Source of the DNA: Mayamaea pseudoterrestris
Lineage: Eukaryota
Assembly: GCA_027923505.1 (NCBI GenBank)
Contig: BROI01000016.1
Location: 496,001 to 560,000, forward strand
Direction: 5' to 3'
Length of the DNA stretch: 64,000 bases
Shown: positions 61,374 to 64,000 of the stretch, in pieces
Layout: each line of letters starts with the position of its first letter
How positions within the stretch are numbered: position 1 is the first letter of the stretch
Notes under the pieces: model-generated
Seen by the model: the letters and a program-made list of their open reading frames with translations, nothing else
Told to the model about the DNA's origin: nothing
Database searches by the model: none
Translations under genes and position numbers: made by a program

Positions 61374-62621
61374 ATGAAAAACTCTTTTCCTATCACCATG
61401 TTGTTCGCCGTTGCGTCGTCGCAGATTCATGCGACTAGCGTCGGCGTGCTGCTGCAAGGTGCGCCTTGGTGCGAGCATTCGTTGGCGATTTCAACGCACC
61501 GTTGCCAACGAACTCGCATGTTCGACGAGTCGTCCGTTTCGAAGCAGTCGCCGACACAAACCAATGTGTTACAATGCGAGCTCTCGTCGCAACATGTCAA
61601 GCTTGCCAAGAGCTTGTCGGAGGATCGTCCAAACGTTTGTGCGACGAACTTCCTTTTCGCCGAATCAGCGAGCGACATTATTCATCACCACCACCTTGAC
61701 ACCGTTATTCCATTACATGACGTCGTGACATTCTTCGTCGACCATGACTTTGCAAACGAGGCGGCGGTTGTGACCATTCAAGTCCAACAGGTTAGTCATA
61801 GACATGATGAAGAACATGTTCAGGAGGCGATTGATGATGACGGAATTTGCCAGGCGCTCTTTGACTACTGCAACGCCGTCGTGCACGATCAAGCCAGCGC
61901 CCAGACTCGAGAGCGTTCCATCAAGAGTCGCGCTCATGACGCTTTTTCGACAATGGCGGCTAATGACGATGCTGCTGCCATGAGTCCAAGTTATGGTTAT
62001 TTCGAGGCCATGAACGCCAATGAGCTCGGCGAAACTGCCGACACTACGGACAAGGCGGGTATTGCGGAAACTGCTGCTGCTGGTATTGCTGGTATTGCTG
62101 CTGCTGCAGAGGCCAAACCTGCATCTGTTAATGAGTTTACCAACATTGGCGAACGTTTCATGGTAGAGCCAATGAACCTGGCTGCTCCGGCAACTGCCAC
62201 TGCTGCTGCTGCACCACCTGCTGCAAGTCAAGCAGATACCGAATTTGTCACGGAGCTAAGAGGCGCAAATGTTTTTCCAAGTCAAGCCACGGGAAGCGGC
62301 TCGGAGATTGACATTCCGTCGAGTGGATTCCGGCTAGGAAAAGTGTTGCAAATCTCAAATGTCGATCCGAAAACCAAAATGCTTATTGTTGCCATGAAAC
62401 GTATCTTTCGCGGCCAAGTCACTATTAAACGAGAGCATGATTGGAGCGACTGGAGCGTTTCCATTCAGTTTTGGAGCTTTTTGACTCCTCAACTGACTGC
62501 CAATGTGAAGAGAGAGCCTGATGGTGGCATTGGAGGTCATTTCAAGCTGGGCCGATTTGGTAGCAAGAAGAAATTGCCGTCTGGCCAGGACGAGAGAAAG
62601 TCATTGACGTTGGAAGCATGA
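61374..62621 (+). CDS. Hypothetical protein with possible signal peptide and Ala-rich linker
   Basis: 415-aa ORF from ATG 61374, with GCT/GGTATTGCT micro-repeats. No recognisable domain. Confidence 0.55.
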   Translation: MKNSFPITMLFAVASSQIHATSVGVLLQGAPWCEHSLAISTHRCQRTRMFDESSVSKQSPTQTNVLQCELSSQHVKLAKSLSEDRPNVCATNFLFAESASDIIHHHHLDTVIPLHDVVTFFVDHDFANEAAVVTIQVQQVSHRHDEEHVQEAIDDDGICQALFDYCNAVVHDQASAQTRERSIKSRAHDAFSTMAANDDAAAMSPSYGYFEAMNANELGETADTTDKAGIAETAAAGIAGIAAAAEAKPASVNEFTNIGERFMVEPMNLAAPATATAAAAPPAASQADTEFVTELRGANVFPSQATGSGSEIDIPSSGFRLGKVLQISNVDPKTKMLIVAMKRIFRGQVTIKREHDWSDWSVSIQFWSFLTPQLTANVKREPDGGIGGHFKLGRFGSKKKLPSGQDERKSLTLEA

Positions 62622-64000
62622 GACGATTTGCATGTACATACAAGAATTATCGCGGCTGCTAGTGGACAAGCCATTCGCTTTGTCATGACGGGACATGAGA
62701 GACATGAGAGCCGTAAAGGCATCGATGGACACGGAAACTCAACAAAAACTTCATTTTTGGGCTGTGCAAATATGAGACATAAACATTATATACTTACATA
62801 CTATACGTTTCATTCTTGACTACAAAGGTACTTCTTGTATGGGCAATCGCCATTAATGTACTGCTTCGTAATTGCGGAAGACGTTGTCGTTAACAATCTG
62901 CAACGCTTCTTCAATCATCTAATCAAATGACGGTTCAGCCAACTGGAATCTCACTTTGATAAGTAGCATATCAAGTATACTGGAGCACGACCAACCAATG
63001 CTCCGTCAGAGAGTGCGGCGTATAAGCTTCTAAACTCCGCCTCGTTTCCGGACTGCTTGCATTCGGCACGTCGGTAAAGCTTGTGACGTGGCTCGCCGCT
63101 GATACATTAACTTCTGTGCGGCACTGTAAATTTGTTTTCCCCGTCAAATGAGCACTTTCCTAAATGAGTCGCTCGACTCTGGTCCTGCACCATCTCTAGT
63201 AGAAGTCTGACAGTGCAAAACGCAGTTCCTCGTCATTAATGAAACGTCGATCCAGACTGCAGATTACTAGTCCTTCACTTTGCATTCTGCATCGTGCGAT
63301 ACTCGCGCATTCGCTCCAAAAAGACTGAATGCGTAGTTACAACCTCTCAATGATCGGAACTTGATTGTGTAGCCACCATGCTCCGACATTTTGTCAACCA
63401 ACTCGTCCAACGTCGCCATATCATCTTTTTCCATCCATTAAAAGCCTCATCGATTGCATTTACACTCGCAGCGGTCTAGTGCCGGTTCTTTGCTGCATTC
63501 TTCAGCTTCGATTGAACAAAACTCTGTCGCGTACTTCAAATATGCTCGCTACAGCGCTTGCTCTCCATGTCTCACCTGGCAACCCAAAATGAGTCTCCAT
63601 TACCTTGTTCCTTTTGCTAAGATATTACCTCTACCCATCTTTGTACTAGCACGGCCCGGTATTGTTATCATGACGCATGAATTTTGTTGCACGCCACGAT
63701 CGCAATCGCTGCTATTATACCTTTTCAGTGTAGCCTTCATGCCAGAGTTACCGTTACTGCAAATGCTATCTGACTTCAGATTGCATGCCTAGTTCTGTCC
63801 ATGTAATTGTAACTACAGGCGATGATATAAAGACTACCGCTATAGAGAAAGACTTGCAAAATGGACGATCTTCGCCATGGTGTGGTCGGCTTGGCGCGGC
63901 GCTGCGACACCAATGTCCTACAAGTCACTGTGCGACTAGTGTACAGTACAGTTCAACGGGTCGTGCGAAAAAGCTTTTCGCCGCGTCTCGGAAGGCAATT

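Overview
Gene-dense eukaryotic nuclear DNA with short GT-AG introns. It is most likely from a diatom-like stramenopile, inferred from the bipartite signal-peptide plus F/W plastid presequences, a type-II-membrane LRR protein and FkbM/DUF285 genes. About 29 protein-coding genes can be supported. Housekeeping genes include a PI4-kinase, an ER FKBP, SEC63, a class-3 lipase, DHAR, the PP2A A subunit, ATCase, ALDH, an SDR and a P-loop kinase. The dominant structure is a near-perfect 9,364-bp direct tandem duplication (17005-26368 / 26369-35732) containing SEC63 between two paralogous bacterial-type thermolysin (M4) proteases. Each protease has four PPC-like domains, a 10-Cys basic tail and a shared intron splitting the HExxH motif, and the junction creates a chimeric, tail-less protease. 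Other notable items: a SAP30-like Sin3-binding domain fused to an SGF29-like Tudor module, an ER-retained Mip-type FKBP with an extra helical domain, small ORFs with PP1-docking or PKA-like motifs, and a frameshifted 79-bp coding duplication. I recognised no tRNA, rRNA, CRISPR array or intact transposon. Exon boundaries were read by eye and all family calls rest on motif recognition, not database searches.
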